DNA of 64,000 nucleotides, from NCBI GenBank assembly GCA_046313635.1, contig JBKBYA010000001.1, forward strand, positions 684,340-748,339, written 5' to 3'. Shown piece by piece: positions 9,907 through 19,349 of the stretch; the first letter of the stretch is position 1; each line of letters begins with the position of its first letter. Under the pieces are notes generated by a model. The model had not been told where the DNA came from, did no database searches, and was given only the letters and a program-made list of their open reading frames with translations. A program made the translations under genes and the position numbers. Source of the DNA: Pyrinomonadaceae bacterium. Lineage in GTDB: Bacteria; Acidobacteriota; Blastocatellia; Pyrinomonadales; Pyrinomonadaceae.

Positions 9907-10457
9907 ATCGCTGCACCTGGCCGTCGAATGATCTCGCGATCGCGTACCACGACAACGAGTGGGGCGTGCCGGTGCACGACGATCAGAAGCTGTTTGAATT
10001 CCTGGTGCTCGAGGGCTCGCAGGCGGGCCTCAGCTGGGACACGATACTTCGCAAACGCGAGAATTATCGGGCCGCTTTTGACCGATTCGATCCGGAGCGG
10101 GTGGCACGTTACGGCGAGGACAAGATCGCCGAGCTTTTGCAGAACGAGGGCATCGTTCGCAATCGTCTAAAGGTCGCGTCGGCGATCGCGAACGCAAAAG
10201 CGTTTTTGAAAGTGCAGGACGAGTTCGGCTCGTTCGACTCGTACATCTGGCGCTTTGTCGACGGGCGTCCGCTCGTGAATCGCGTCAGATCGTCGGCCGA
10301 CATCCCGGCCGCGACGCCGGTCTCCGACGCGATCAGCAAGGACCTGCGCGGACGAGGATTCAACTTTGTCGGCTCGACCATTATGTACGCATTTATGCAG
10401 GCAACCGGGATGGTCAACGATCATCTCGTGTCGTGCTTCAGATTCAAGGAGGTTTGA
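9903..10457 (+). CDS. tag: DNA-3-methyladenine glycosylase I
   Basis: RC.W, YHD.EWG.P, QAGLSW.TIL.KR, NDH...C. Confidence 0.95.
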   Translation: MNRCTWPSNDLAIAYHDNEWGVPVHDDQKLFEFLVLEGSQAGLSWDTILRKRENYRAAFDRFDPERVARYGEDKIAELLQNEGIVRNRLKVASAIANAKAFLKVQDEFGSFDSYIWRFVDGRPLVNRVRSSADIPAATPVSDAISKDLRGRGFNFVGSTIMYAFMQATGMVNDHLVSCFRFKEV

Positions 10458-10551
10458 ACTTTCGCGTCCTTTGCGAGAACTTTGGGTTCTTTGCGGTTAA
10501 CCTTTCTTTCACCGCAAAGGCCGCAAAGTTCGGGACGCAAAGAACGCAAAG
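10458..10551. repeat. Inverted array of short CGCAAAG/CTTTGCG motifs
   Basis: CTTTGCG units on the left, CGCAAAG units on the right; similar motifs at about 37220-37280 and 47177-47203. Confidence 0.6.
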
Positions 10552-10559
10552 TGGGGGAG

Positions 10560-11045
10560 ATGTCAGTCGATCATCCGGTCACGCCGGCGATCAGGTTTTT
10601 GCGGGAGATGAAGGTCGAATTTACGCCGCACCTTTACGACTACGTCGAGAAGGGCGGCACGCGCGAATCGGCCCGGCAGCTCGGCGTCGACGAGCACGCG
10701 GTGATCAAGACCTTGGTGTTTGAGACAAATGAGAAGAAGCCGCTGATCGTGCTGATGCACGGCGACCGCGAGGTTTCGACCAAGAATCTCGCGCGGCACC
10801 TCGGCGTCAGATCGGTCGGGCCGGCGACGCCCGAACGGGCAAACAAACTGACGGGTTATCTTGTCGGCGGGACTTCGCCTTTCGGCACAAAGACGACGCT
10901 GCCGGTCTATGCCGAAAGCTCGATCTTTGATCTGGACAGAATATTCATCAACGGCGGCAAGCGGGGATTTTTGATCGAGATCGATCCGCAAATGTTGAGA
11001 TCGACGATGCCCGTCGAGCAGGTAGAAGTTGGGATAAGTGACTAG
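10560..11045 (+). CDS. ybaK: Cys-tRNA(Pro) deacylase
   Basis: TPAIRFL, KTLV, TGYLVGGTSPFG, NGGKRG. Confidence 0.9.
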   Translation: MSVDHPVTPAIRFLREMKVEFTPHLYDYVEKGGTRESARQLGVDEHAVIKTLVFETNEKKPLIVLMHGDREVSTKNLARHLGVRSVGPATPERANKLTGYLVGGTSPFGTKTTLPVYAESSIFDLDRIFINGGKRGFLIEIDPQMLRSTMPVEQVEVGISD

Positions 11046-11051
11046 AGAACT

Positions 11052-12230
11052 ATGAAAGAAGCAGTCATCGTTTCGGCCGTGCGCACGGCCGTTGGCAAGG
11101 CGCCGAAGGGCACTCTAAAAAATACGCGGCCCGATGATCTCGCCGCCGCGGCGATAAAAGAGGCGGTCAGCCGCGTCGAGGGTCTCAACCCCGCGGAGAT
11201 CGACGATGTCATCATGGGCTGCGCGTTCCCCGAGGCCGAGCAGGGAATGAACGTCGCACGCACCGCGATGATCGCGGCCGGCCTGCCGGTCGAGACCTCG
11301 GCGATGACGGTCAATCGCTACTGTTCGTCGGGTCTGCAGACCATCGCGATCGCCGCAGACCGCATTGCTGCGGGCGGCGCTGACGCGATCGTCGCGGGCG
11401 GGCTCGAGACGATGTCGCTTATCCCTATGGGCGGCAACAAGGTGCGTCCCAATCCGGCGATCGTCGACTCGTATCCCGACTATTACCTCAACATGGGACT
11501 CACGGCCGAGAATGTCGCACGCAAGTACGAGATCACGCGCGAGCAGTCTGACGAATTCTCGCTGCGTTCGCATCAAAAGGCGGCGGCTGCGATCCACGCG
11601 GGAAACTTCAAGGACGAGATCGTGCCGTTCACCGTGCGGATCGACGAGCTCGACGACAAGGGCCGCGTGCGGAGCAAGGAAGTAGTTTTCGACACGGACG
11701 AGGGCGTGCGTTTCGACGCGACGCTTGAAGGTTTGCAAAAGCTTAAGCCGGTCTTTCACGCCAAAGGCGTCGTCACCGCGGGCAGTGCTTCGCAGATGTC
11801 GGACGGCGCGGCCGCGGTCGTCGTCATGTCGGCCGACCGCGCCAGAGAGATCGGAGCAAAGCCGCTCGCGAGATTCGTCTCGTTCGCGACCGCCGGCTGC
11901 CTGCCCGAGGAGATGGGCATCGGCCCGGTATATGCGATACCGAAGGCGCTCAAGCTCGCCGGTCTCACACTCGATCAGATCGACGTTATCGAGCTCAACG
12001 AGGCCTTTGCCGTGCAGGGCCTCGCCGTGATGAAGCTGCTCGAGATGGATCCTGACAAGGTCAACGTCAACGGCGGAGCGATCGCCCTCGGCCATCCGCT
12101 CGGCTGCACCGGTGCAAAGCTGACCGCCTCGCTTCTGCCTGAGATGGCACGTCGCAACGCCCGCTACGGGATGGTCACGATGTGCGTCGGCGGCGGAATG
12201 GGGGCAGCGGGAATATTCGAGCGAATCTAA
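11052..12230 (+). CDS. fadA: Acetyl-CoA C-acyltransferase (thiolase)
   Basis: NRYCSSG, NEAF, GHPLG, MCVGGG. Confidence 0.93.
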   Translation: MKEAVIVSAVRTAVGKAPKGTLKNTRPDDLAAAAIKEAVSRVEGLNPAEIDDVIMGCAFPEAEQGMNVARTAMIAAGLPVETSAMTVNRYCSSGLQTIAIAADRIAAGGADAIVAGGLETMSLIPMGGNKVRPNPAIVDSYPDYYLNMGLTAENVARKYEITREQSDEFSLRSHQKAAAAIHAGNFKDEIVPFTVRIDELDDKGRVRSKEVVFDTDEGVRFDATLEGLQKLKPVFHAKGVVTAGSASQMSDGAAAVVVMSADRAREIGAKPLARFVSFATAGCLPEEMGIGPVYAIPKALKLAGLTLDQIDVIELNEAFAVQGLAVMKLLEMDPDKVNVNGGAIALGHPLGCTGAKLTASLLPEMARRNARYGMVTMCVGGGMGAAGIFERI

Positions 12231-12264
12231 GTCAGAACCGCCCGCTGACGCAGGCGGTTCTGAC
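12231..12264. repeat. REP-like palindrome
   Basis: GTCAGAACCGCC...GGCGGTTCTGAC; related copy at 45002-45029. Confidence 0.7.
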
Positions 12265-12294
12265 TGGGTCGTCGCAGATTAATGAGAGGATTGT

Positions 12295-14079
12295 ATGGAA
12301 ACACAGATGGAGAAAGAGTACGTGAAAGGCGGAGCATTCCTGATCGAGGACGCGACCGCGGCCGAGGTTTTTACACCCGAGGATTTTACCGACGAGCAGC
12401 GGATGATCGGCGAGACGACACGCGAGTTTGTTGACAACGAGGTCCAGCCAAACATTCCCGCGATGGAAGGTCACGCCTGGGAGGTCGCTCGTGACCTCGT
12501 GCGCAAGGGCGGCGAGCTCGGCCTGCTCGGCGCGACCATTCCCGAGGAGTACGGCGGGCTCGGGCTCGACCAGACGACCGGCGTCGTGATCGCCGAGATG
12601 ATGGGCCGTGCGGGCGGATTCGGCACCACATTCGGCGCGCAGACGTCGATCGGACTGCTTCCCATCCTGTACTTCGGCTCCGAAGAGTTGAAGAAGACGT
12701 GGATACCAAAGATCGTCTCCGGCGAGGTCGTGACCGCTTACTGCCTGTCCGAGGCCGGCTCGGGCTCGGACGCGCTCGGCGCCAAGACGACCGCACGGCT
12801 GACCGAGGACGGCCAACACTACATCCTCAACGGCGAAAAGATGTGGATCTCCAACGGCGGCTTTGCAGACGTCTTTATCGTTTTTGCAAAGGTCGACGGC
12901 GAGAAAGAGAAGTTCTCAGCGTTCGTCGTCGAGCGCAGTGAGAACTGCCGGCCCGGGCACGAAGAGCACAAGATGGGCATCAAGTCTTCGTCAACGACGC
13001 CGCTCATTTTGTCGGACGCAAAAGTGCCGGTGACCAACCTGATCGGCAACGTCGGCGACGGCGCAAAGATCGCGTTCAATATTTTGAATGTTGGCAGATT
13101 CAAGCTGGGCGCGTCGGTGACGGGCGGTGCAAAGCTCGCGATCCACGAGGCCGTTCGCTACGCCAACGAGCGTCACCAGTTCAACCGGCCGATCTCGAGC
13201 TTTGGCGCGATCAGGCACAAGCTTGCCGAGATGGCGATCCGCACGTGGGTCGCCGAGTCGATCACGTACCGCACCGTCGGTATGATCGACGCGCTGATCG
13301 GCGACGGCGCAAGCGGCGAAAAGAAGCTGCAGTCGATCGAGGAGTATGCCGTCGAGTCGTCGATCAACAAGGTCGCCTGCAGCGAGGCGCTCGATTACGT
13401 CGTGGACGAGATGGTCCAGATCTACGGCGGCTACGGCTATTCGGCCGACTATCCGGCCGAGAAGGCGTATCGCGATTCGCGCATCAACCGCATCTTTGAG
13501 GGCACTAACGAGATCAACCGGATGCTCATTCCCGGCCAGCTGCTGAAGCGCGCGATGAAGGGCAAGCTCGGTCTGCTGCAGGCCGCAAAGGCGCTGCAGG
13601 ACGAGATCCTGAATCCGCCGATGGGGTTTGACGAGGACGGCGGAGCGTTATTGTCGGCGGAAACCAAGCTCGCCAAGAACGCCAAAAAGATAGCCCTGAT
13701 GGTGCTCGGCACCGCGGCGCAAAAGTACATGGCCGACCTGCAAAATCAGCAGGAGATACTCCTCAACTGCGCCGACATCATAATGGAGGCCTACCAGATG
13801 GAGTCCGCCATTCTCCGCGCCAGAAAGTACGCCGACCGCAACGGCGAAGACGCGGCCGCCCGCTACGTCGATATGGCCGCCGTCTACTGCAACGACGCGA
13901 TCCAGCGCGTCGAGGCAAAAGCCAGGAACACTATCGCCGCGATGGCCGAGGGCGACGAGATGCGGATGCTGCTCGCGGCACTGAAACGCTTTACCAAAAA
14001 CAATTCGCCGATCAATACCATCGCCGCCCGCCAGCGCATCGCCGAGGTGCTGATCCAGGCGAATACGTACGCGTTCTAG
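12295..14079 (+). CDS. fadE: Acyl-CoA dehydrogenase (Bacillus FadE type)
   Basis: YCLSE..SGSD, NGEKMWI.NG, GGYGY, RIFEGTNEI; C-terminal extension. Confidence 0.9.
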   Translation: METQMEKEYVKGGAFLIEDATAAEVFTPEDFTDEQRMIGETTREFVDNEVQPNIPAMEGHAWEVARDLVRKGGELGLLGATIPEEYGGLGLDQTTGVVIAEMMGRAGGFGTTFGAQTSIGLLPILYFGSEELKKTWIPKIVSGEVVTAYCLSEAGSGSDALGAKTTARLTEDGQHYILNGEKMWISNGGFADVFIVFAKVDGEKEKFSAFVVERSENCRPGHEEHKMGIKSSSTTPLILSDAKVPVTNLIGNVGDGAKIAFNILNVGRFKLGASVTGGAKLAIHEAVRYANERHQFNRPISSFGAIRHKLAEMAIRTWVAESITYRTVGMIDALIGDGASGEKKLQSIEEYAVESSINKVACSEALDYVVDEMVQIYGGYGYSADYPAEKAYRDSRINRIFEGTNEINRMLIPGQLLKRAMKGKLGLLQAAKALQDEILNPPMGFDEDGGALLSAETKLAKNAKKIALMVLGTAAQKYMADLQNQQEILLNCADIIMEAYQMESAILRARKYADRNGEDAAARYVDMAAVYCNDAIQRVEAKARNTIAAMAEGDEMRMLLAALKRFTKNNSPINTIAARQRIAEVLIQANTYAF

Positions 14080-14187
14080 TTTCTGCGTGGTGCGGCGCAG
14101 CGAATTCCCAAAGTGCCATCTGCTAGGGTCCGAAGCTGTCTGCCTCGGGCCCTATTTGTATCACCATTTTTGGAGATCGCCGCTTTA

Positions 14188-15246
14188 TTAAATGACCGTC
14201 ATCGCCTTGGAGAGTGCAGCGGTGCGGGTCTCTACGCCGAGCTTCTTGTAAATGTTCTCAACGTGTTTCTCGACGGTGCGGACGCTGATGTTGCAAAGGG
14301 CGGCGATCGTTGGATCAGTCTTTCCTTCCGTGATCCAGCAAAGTATCTCGCATTCTCGGGCAGTTAACCCGAAGGGACGGAAATCATCGGGCCTGCAGGA
14401 CCGCTTTTCTTCTAGAAGCAGGAGTTCTTCGCGGGTGGATCGGTTGTCGAGGAGCCGAACGGTGAGGCGGGAACCGTCAGGATTCTGAGCGCAATAAGGT
14501 TCCACGGGGAGGCTGTATTCCGATCCGCCGGACCGCAATCTTGCCGCCCTGATCCAACCGGACAGCGTTTGCGGGAGCGAATCCGCTGCGAGAGTCTCCG
14601 CCGGGAAGTACTTCTCCAGCAGAGTTCGGGCATGAGAGCTCGCAAATGTCGTGCGGCCAGCCGAACCGAGCGCCACAACGCCCTGCCCGCCGGCCTGCAT
14701 CGCCGCGCTGATACGCCCAAACGCGAAGCCGTTCCGGATCGCATTGACGAAGTGAGGGGCGGCGAGGGTCGCGATCGTTTTTTCATGCTCGCTAAAGTCG
14801 CTGCCTCCCCGAGTAAAGGCGCAGGTCATCACCAGGTCTCCCTCGGACAGAAGGCCGAGTCCCATCTGTTTATTTACGTGAACGGGCCGGAATACGACAT
14901 TGTAAAGGTCGGTTCGCTCAAACTTTGCCTGACTCACCGCGTCGGTTATTTTTATCGCCTCTCCATTCGGATTGGTGATAGACAATTTCACGATCGGGTG
15001 CTGGTGGAGAAGTTCTCCGAAGGGCTTCATGAACGCCGGGTCCAGCAAGAGCCGGTCGTTTGCCCAGACGGTGTGCTCGTACCGCGGAGTCGGGGAAAAC
15101 AGCTCGAACGACACCAGATCGCACTTCACGATCATTGCCGCCGCCCCGACCGCCCGCTCGGCCAGCGTCGCCGGGTCCGGGTCGGAATTGAGGTGCTCCA
15201 ACGCGGCAAGCAGAAGAGCGGCTGCTCGGGAGTCAATTCTTTTCAT
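14188..15246 (-). CDS. LuxR-type HTH regulator with N-terminal GAF-like sensor region
   Basis: C-terminal LTARECEIL.WI..GKT..IA..CNIS.RTVEKHVENIY.KLGVETR. Confidence 0.85.
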   Translation of the reverse strand: MKRIDSRAAALLLAALEHLNSDPDPATLAERAVGAAAMIVKCDLVSFELFSPTPRYEHTVWANDRLLLDPAFMKPFGELLHQHPIVKLSITNPNGEAIKITDAVSQAKFERTDLYNVVFRPVHVNKQMGLGLLSEGDLVMTCAFTRGGSDFSEHEKTIATLAAPHFVNAIRNGFAFGRISAAMQAGGQGVVALGSAGRTTFASSHARTLLEKYFPAETLAADSLPQTLSGWIRAARLRSGGSEYSLPVEPYCAQNPDGSRLTVRLLDNRSTREELLLLEEKRSCRPDDFRPFGLTARECEILCWITEGKTDPTIAALCNISVRTVEKHVENIYKKLGVETRTAALSKAMTVI

Positions 15247-15282
15247 AATGTTTAGACCGGGACCGACGGGTGAACTTTGATC

Positions 15283-15298
15283 TACGTACTTTTACGTA
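15283..15298. promoter_or_regulatory. Putative operator TACGTA-N4-TACGTA
   Basis: Two palindromic hexamers 10 bp apart in the AT-rich divergent intergenic region. Confidence 0.55.
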
Positions 15299-15397
15299 TT
15301 TTTCTGACCGGGGGATTATATTAAAATTGCCGCTCACATAAAAGACGGAACTTCCTGCTTTAACGATTCAAATCTTGCGTACCCAATTCAAATCACT

Positions 15398-16258
15398 ATG
15401 AACGTCCACAGATTCAATCTGCTCCGTTTGACGCTGATCTCAATATCGGTCCTCTTATGCCTGGGCGTCGCCGATACCGCCGCTCAGGACAGCTGCGATA
15501 TCGATAGTTTGCAGGTGCGCTCCTCACGGTTTACGGAGAATTACGCGTTTCCGACGGACCCTGAGGCAAAGCAAAACGGGGCAGTGGCAGCGAAGGATCT
15601 GATCAGGAGGTTCGATGCCTACGGCTGCATCCTCGGCAGAGACGCGGTCCCTTACCTAAAGGCGTGGTTGAAACGCCATTCCCCCGGATATAGCGACTCG
15701 CAGACACCCAGCCTCGCAAGCGAGGTGTGCGGGCTCAACGCGGCCGGGACAGTGGCATACATTAACCGGTTGGCAATGCAATCCGAAGGGCTATGGCATT
15801 ACTCGCCCTTGGTGAAACGGAATCTGGTTCAAATCGAAGCCCGTTTCGAACTACGGTCCGATTTACAAGTGCGAATCACTTTGGTTAGAAAGTCCTTCAC
15901 GGGCGAGGTTACTCCGGATAACTGTAAAGATGCGGGGGTCGTTTACCAGATTTACGAGTTCGATCCCACTGAGGTCGAAAGCGTGAATCGGGCCGCTTCT
16001 GACGGCAAATGGGGCAGTCTTGACATCAAGTTACGCGGTAATACGGTCAATGTGGATTCCTGGGGACAGGGTTATACCGTCGTTAACAACCGTGGGTGTT
16101 CAGGTTGGGGCAAGATCGTGGGGCCCAACGGTCAAACATGGAAGGCCGGAGCTGCCTGGTTACCGTTCCGGCAGTCCGATCCGAATAATTTCGAACGCCT
16201 GCAAAAGGCGATCCTCCATCTCCGCGAACTCGCAATCGACGAATATGACGACTACTAG
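15398..16258 (+). CDS. Secreted hypothetical protein
   Basis: Signal peptide ending TAA-Q; no recognised domain. Confidence 0.65.
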   Translation: MNVHRFNLLRLTLISISVLLCLGVADTAAQDSCDIDSLQVRSSRFTENYAFPTDPEAKQNGAVAAKDLIRRFDAYGCILGRDAVPYLKAWLKRHSPGYSDSQTPSLASEVCGLNAAGTVAYINRLAMQSEGLWHYSPLVKRNLVQIEARFELRSDLQVRITLVRKSFTGEVTPDNCKDAGVVYQIYEFDPTEVESVNRAASDGKWGSLDIKLRGNTVNVDSWGQGYTVVNNRGCSGWGKIVGPNGQTWKAGAAWLPFRQSDPNNFERLQKAILHLRELAIDEYDDY

Positions 16259-18101
16259 AACGATCCGCGTACGACACATCAAGGGCTTTTCGCTGCTTCT
16301 TTTTCTGGTCGCGGCCTGCAGCTCGGCGGTCGCTCAATCGATCGCAGTCGCGCGCGTCGAGTCGAAGGTCGTGATCTTCGACGGCGATATCGTTGCTCGG
16401 AAGCAGTCCGCGATCAACGCGCAGCTCACCCGCGAGTTCAGCAGCGAACAGGCACGCATCAACCGCTTGCGGGCGCGGTACGAAGCGGAAGAAAAACGGC
16501 TTCTCGCTGAAGTCGAATTAATGAATAAAGAGCAGGATGGGTATCGGGCTCGCGGAAGCTGGACTCGTGAAGAGAAGACCGATTTCGAGCGTCGTGGACG
16601 AGAACTGGGTCGAAGGATCGAGAATCTTGATAACAGCAGCCTGGCAAGTGAGATGAACTCGGCCGAAGCCTCGTTAAAGTCCAAAGTCGCGGCGAGGCGC
16701 GCGGAGATCGAGAGGTCGATCCGGGCCGACTTTGATAATTTCAGAGCACTGCTTGCCGAGCAAAACAAGATCGTATTCGTCCCGTTTGCAGACGTCTCCA
16801 GGTCAGCGATCTGGGTCAACGACGCCGAGATCCTTAATAACAAGATCATCGAGGCTTTCGACAGTTACGCGACAAGTAAAGTGCTGCCGTCGGCGACCGG
16901 CATCTTCCAGCCGACCAAAATCGCCGTCATTGACATTGCCAAGCTGAGGCGAGATTTTCTGGACGACGAAAAGAGCATTACCGACACGACCGAGGAGGCC
17001 CTCAAGTCTTTCGCAAAAAAGAAAGGTTACGCGATTCTGCTCCGGCAGTCCGACTCGCTGCCGCAATCTCTGAAGCCCTTTTCGAACTCGAGTTTCGTGG
17101 CTGAGTTTCAGACTGACTACGACGCCGGCGACCTTGCCAAGGTTCGCAGGATGGACAACTTTTTCGGGCTGAACTTTGGCGCAAGCTCGGCCGAGGCCCG
17201 TAGTTTCATAACGGCGAACAAGCTAGGGAAGATCAATGAAAAGGAAAGCTCCAAGTCCGACCTATATATCGACGGCGCGACGCTGAATTATGGATTCCTC
17301 AAGGACCGAAAGATATTCGTCGACGACAAGGTTCGGATCCGAATGTCCTTCGCCAACGACAAATTGTTCTGGGTTCGAGTCCTTTTACCGAGCCTAGCGG
17401 AAGAGGCAGAGGACAGTGAGTATTACGACGAGTGGAACGCGATCAGAAAGGAACTGAACGGACTTTACTACCGCTCGGATGAGTCGGGCGAACATTCGTC
17501 GGGTACCGGGCGCGGAACCATCTGGCGATACCGTCATCCCGACGGATATGACAATACTGTCGAATTTGAGATCTCATGCGCTCTGTGCCCACGCACCCTG
17601 ACCTTTATCGGCGGGAAGTTTCTCAAGGAAGGTGTCGCGGCGCAAGACCGAAAAGCAGAAGCCGAAAAATACTATAGAAAGGCTTCTGCTTATTACTCCG
17701 AGCGCAAGTGGGAACTCGCGGTGACCGAATTCACGAATGCCTTGAAATTGGATCCCGACCACGTTCAGGCCCTCCACTTTCGCGGACACTCTTACAACAT
17801 GCTCGAGCAGATCGACCTTGCCGGTGCCGATTTCAACGCGGCCCTCAAACTCGACCCGAAGGACGCCGATCTGCTCTCGGACCTTTTGGTCGACCGTGCG
17901 AATTTCTTTTTCAACAAAAAGGCGAATTTTGTCCAGGGGCTCGCCGATGCAAACAAAGCGATCCAATTGAAACCAAATTTAGCCAAAGCGTATCTCGTCC
18001 GGGCCAGACTGCATTGTGCGCAGGGGAAAAAGGCGATCGCGGCGGCTGACGAGGAAACGGCCGTCGGTCTCGGAGCAAAGGTGACGAGTCCTTGCCAATG
18101 A
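16245..18101 (+). CDS. Secreted OmpH/Skp-like coiled-coil plus TPR protein
   Basis: Signal peptide; long coiled coil; KIAVID..FAKKKGY segment; C-terminal TPRs (ALKLDP, AIQLKP). Confidence 0.7.
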   Translation: MTTTRTIRVRHIKGFSLLLFLVAACSSAVAQSIAVARVESKVVIFDGDIVARKQSAINAQLTREFSSEQARINRLRARYEAEEKRLLAEVELMNKEQDGYRARGSWTREEKTDFERRGRELGRRIENLDNSSLASEMNSAEASLKSKVAARRAEIERSIRADFDNFRALLAEQNKIVFVPFADVSRSAIWVNDAEILNNKIIEAFDSYATSKVLPSATGIFQPTKIAVIDIAKLRRDFLDDEKSITDTTEEALKSFAKKKGYAILLRQSDSLPQSLKPFSNSSFVAEFQTDYDAGDLAKVRRMDNFFGLNFGASSAEARSFITANKLGKINEKESSKSDLYIDGATLNYGFLKDRKIFVDDKVRIRMSFANDKLFWVRVLLPSLAEEAEDSEYYDEWNAIRKELNGLYYRSDESGEHSSGTGRGTIWRYRHPDGYDNTVEFEISCALCPRTLTFIGGKFLKEGVAAQDRKAEAEKYYRKASAYYSERKWELAVTEFTNALKLDPDHVQALHFRGHSYNMLEQIDLAGADFNAALKLDPKDADLLSDLLVDRANFFFNKKANFVQGLADANKAIQLKPNLAKAYLVRARLHCAQGKKAIAAADEETAVGLGAKVTSPCQ

Positions 18102-18766
18102 GTTTCTGCACTGTCAGATGTGATCTTCGGCGTGCGCTGCTTCCGCTTTGCGTACTGCTACTGTTCGCCTCCGCTTCTCCGGCTCAGCCGGCATTTGACG
18201 TGGTATGCCCTAAAGATGCGGTGCCGCCGGGAATGGTCGTCGGCATTACCGCTGAAACAAAGGCGAAGGTTGGGAACGCGACATTCTTTTGGAGCGTTTC
18301 CGCCGGCCGGATCGAACGCGGGCAGGGGACGCCGGGCATCGACCTTGCGATGCCTGACAAGGAGAACCGCGAGGTGAGGGCAGAGGTGCGGATCTCGGGA
18401 GACTTCTATTTCGAACAGATCCAGGCTTCATGCGTGATGCGGACCGGCGAACTGCCGAAGCCCTGGCTGGTGGATGAGTTCGAGTTCTCGACCCGCGAAT
18501 ACGTCCAGATGAGGCTCGACGCATTCATGACTGAGATCAGCAACGACCCGACGGCGCGGGGCTACGTCGTTATTTCAGGCGGTTCGGGCCGGACGAGCAG
18601 AGGCGTGGTCCGACTCGTTCGCGAGCATTTCGCGTGGCGAAAGTTCGACACGAAGCGGATCGCGATCCGCGCCATCCGGTCGAGCGAGCCGAAGCCGGTG
18701 ATACGGTATTGGCTCGTTCCGCCGGGAGCGGCCTTTGACCCGATGAGACAGGCGGCATCGAAATAG
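18098..18766 (+). CDS. Secreted protein with PKD/Ig-like domain
   Basis: F.WSVSAG.I..GQGT..I; LVDEF..RLDAF..DP.ARGYV; ATGA overlap with the previous stop. Confidence 0.7.
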   Translation: MSFCTVRCDLRRALLPLCVLLLFASASPAQPAFDVVCPKDAVPPGMVVGITAETKAKVGNATFFWSVSAGRIERGQGTPGIDLAMPDKENREVRAEVRISGDFYFEQIQASCVMRTGELPKPWLVDEFEFSTREYVQMRLDAFMTEISNDPTARGYVVISGGSGRTSRGVVRLVREHFAWRKFDTKRIAIRAIRSSEPKPVIRYWLVPPGAAFDPMRQAASK

Positions 18767-18792
18767 ACGAGCTTTGATCTCCAGACTTACTT

Positions 18793-19194
18793 ATGACAAT
18801 TGAAGAAAGTATCGAGGCCAACGCGCGACTTGTATCGGAGCATTTGAGCGCGCACGCCGGGTTTACGCTCGCTTACGACGAGCGGTCTGTCGAGTGGCTG
18901 GACGGCTTCATTGAGCGGCAAAGGGCCCGCGAGGATTTCGACGTCGCGGCGAATGCCAAACTGAGCAGTATGCTTGGCTGCTTCTTGGGCGAAGCCATGT
19001 GTGCCGAATTCGGCGGCAGATGGCAAGAGACAGATCATGGCCCCGGCGTTGTTTTTGCAAACGGCAGCACGGCATTCCCGCTCGCGAAGGTTGAGAAGCA
19101 GTTCGTCAACGGTGCCGACGCCGGAGATTCGATCCTCGGTTTTTACCGATCCGCACGAGCGATAGGTACGCTTGAGTCGACCGGAGATAATTGA
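18793..19194 (+). CDS. Hypothetical cytoplasmic protein
   Basis: Clean ORF in the operon; SVEWLDGFIER..LGCFLGE..PLAKVEKQF. Confidence 0.6.
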   Translation: MTIEESIEANARLVSEHLSAHAGFTLAYDERSVEWLDGFIERQRAREDFDVAANAKLSSMLGCFLGEAMCAEFGGRWQETDHGPGVVFANGSTAFPLAKVEKQFVNGADAGDSILGFYRSARAIGTLESTGDN

Positions 19195-19349
19195 TCGCCC
19201 GTCGGCCGTGTCCGGCGCGGTTCGGTTGGACGTGGGACAAGGTTCGTGATTCCATTCGCTCTCCCTCAGCAAATGCGAGCTTCGTGAAAACGTCTCGGGA
19301 AAGCGGCAAAAGATCAGACGGGTTCTATCCAATATAGGCAAACACAAAT

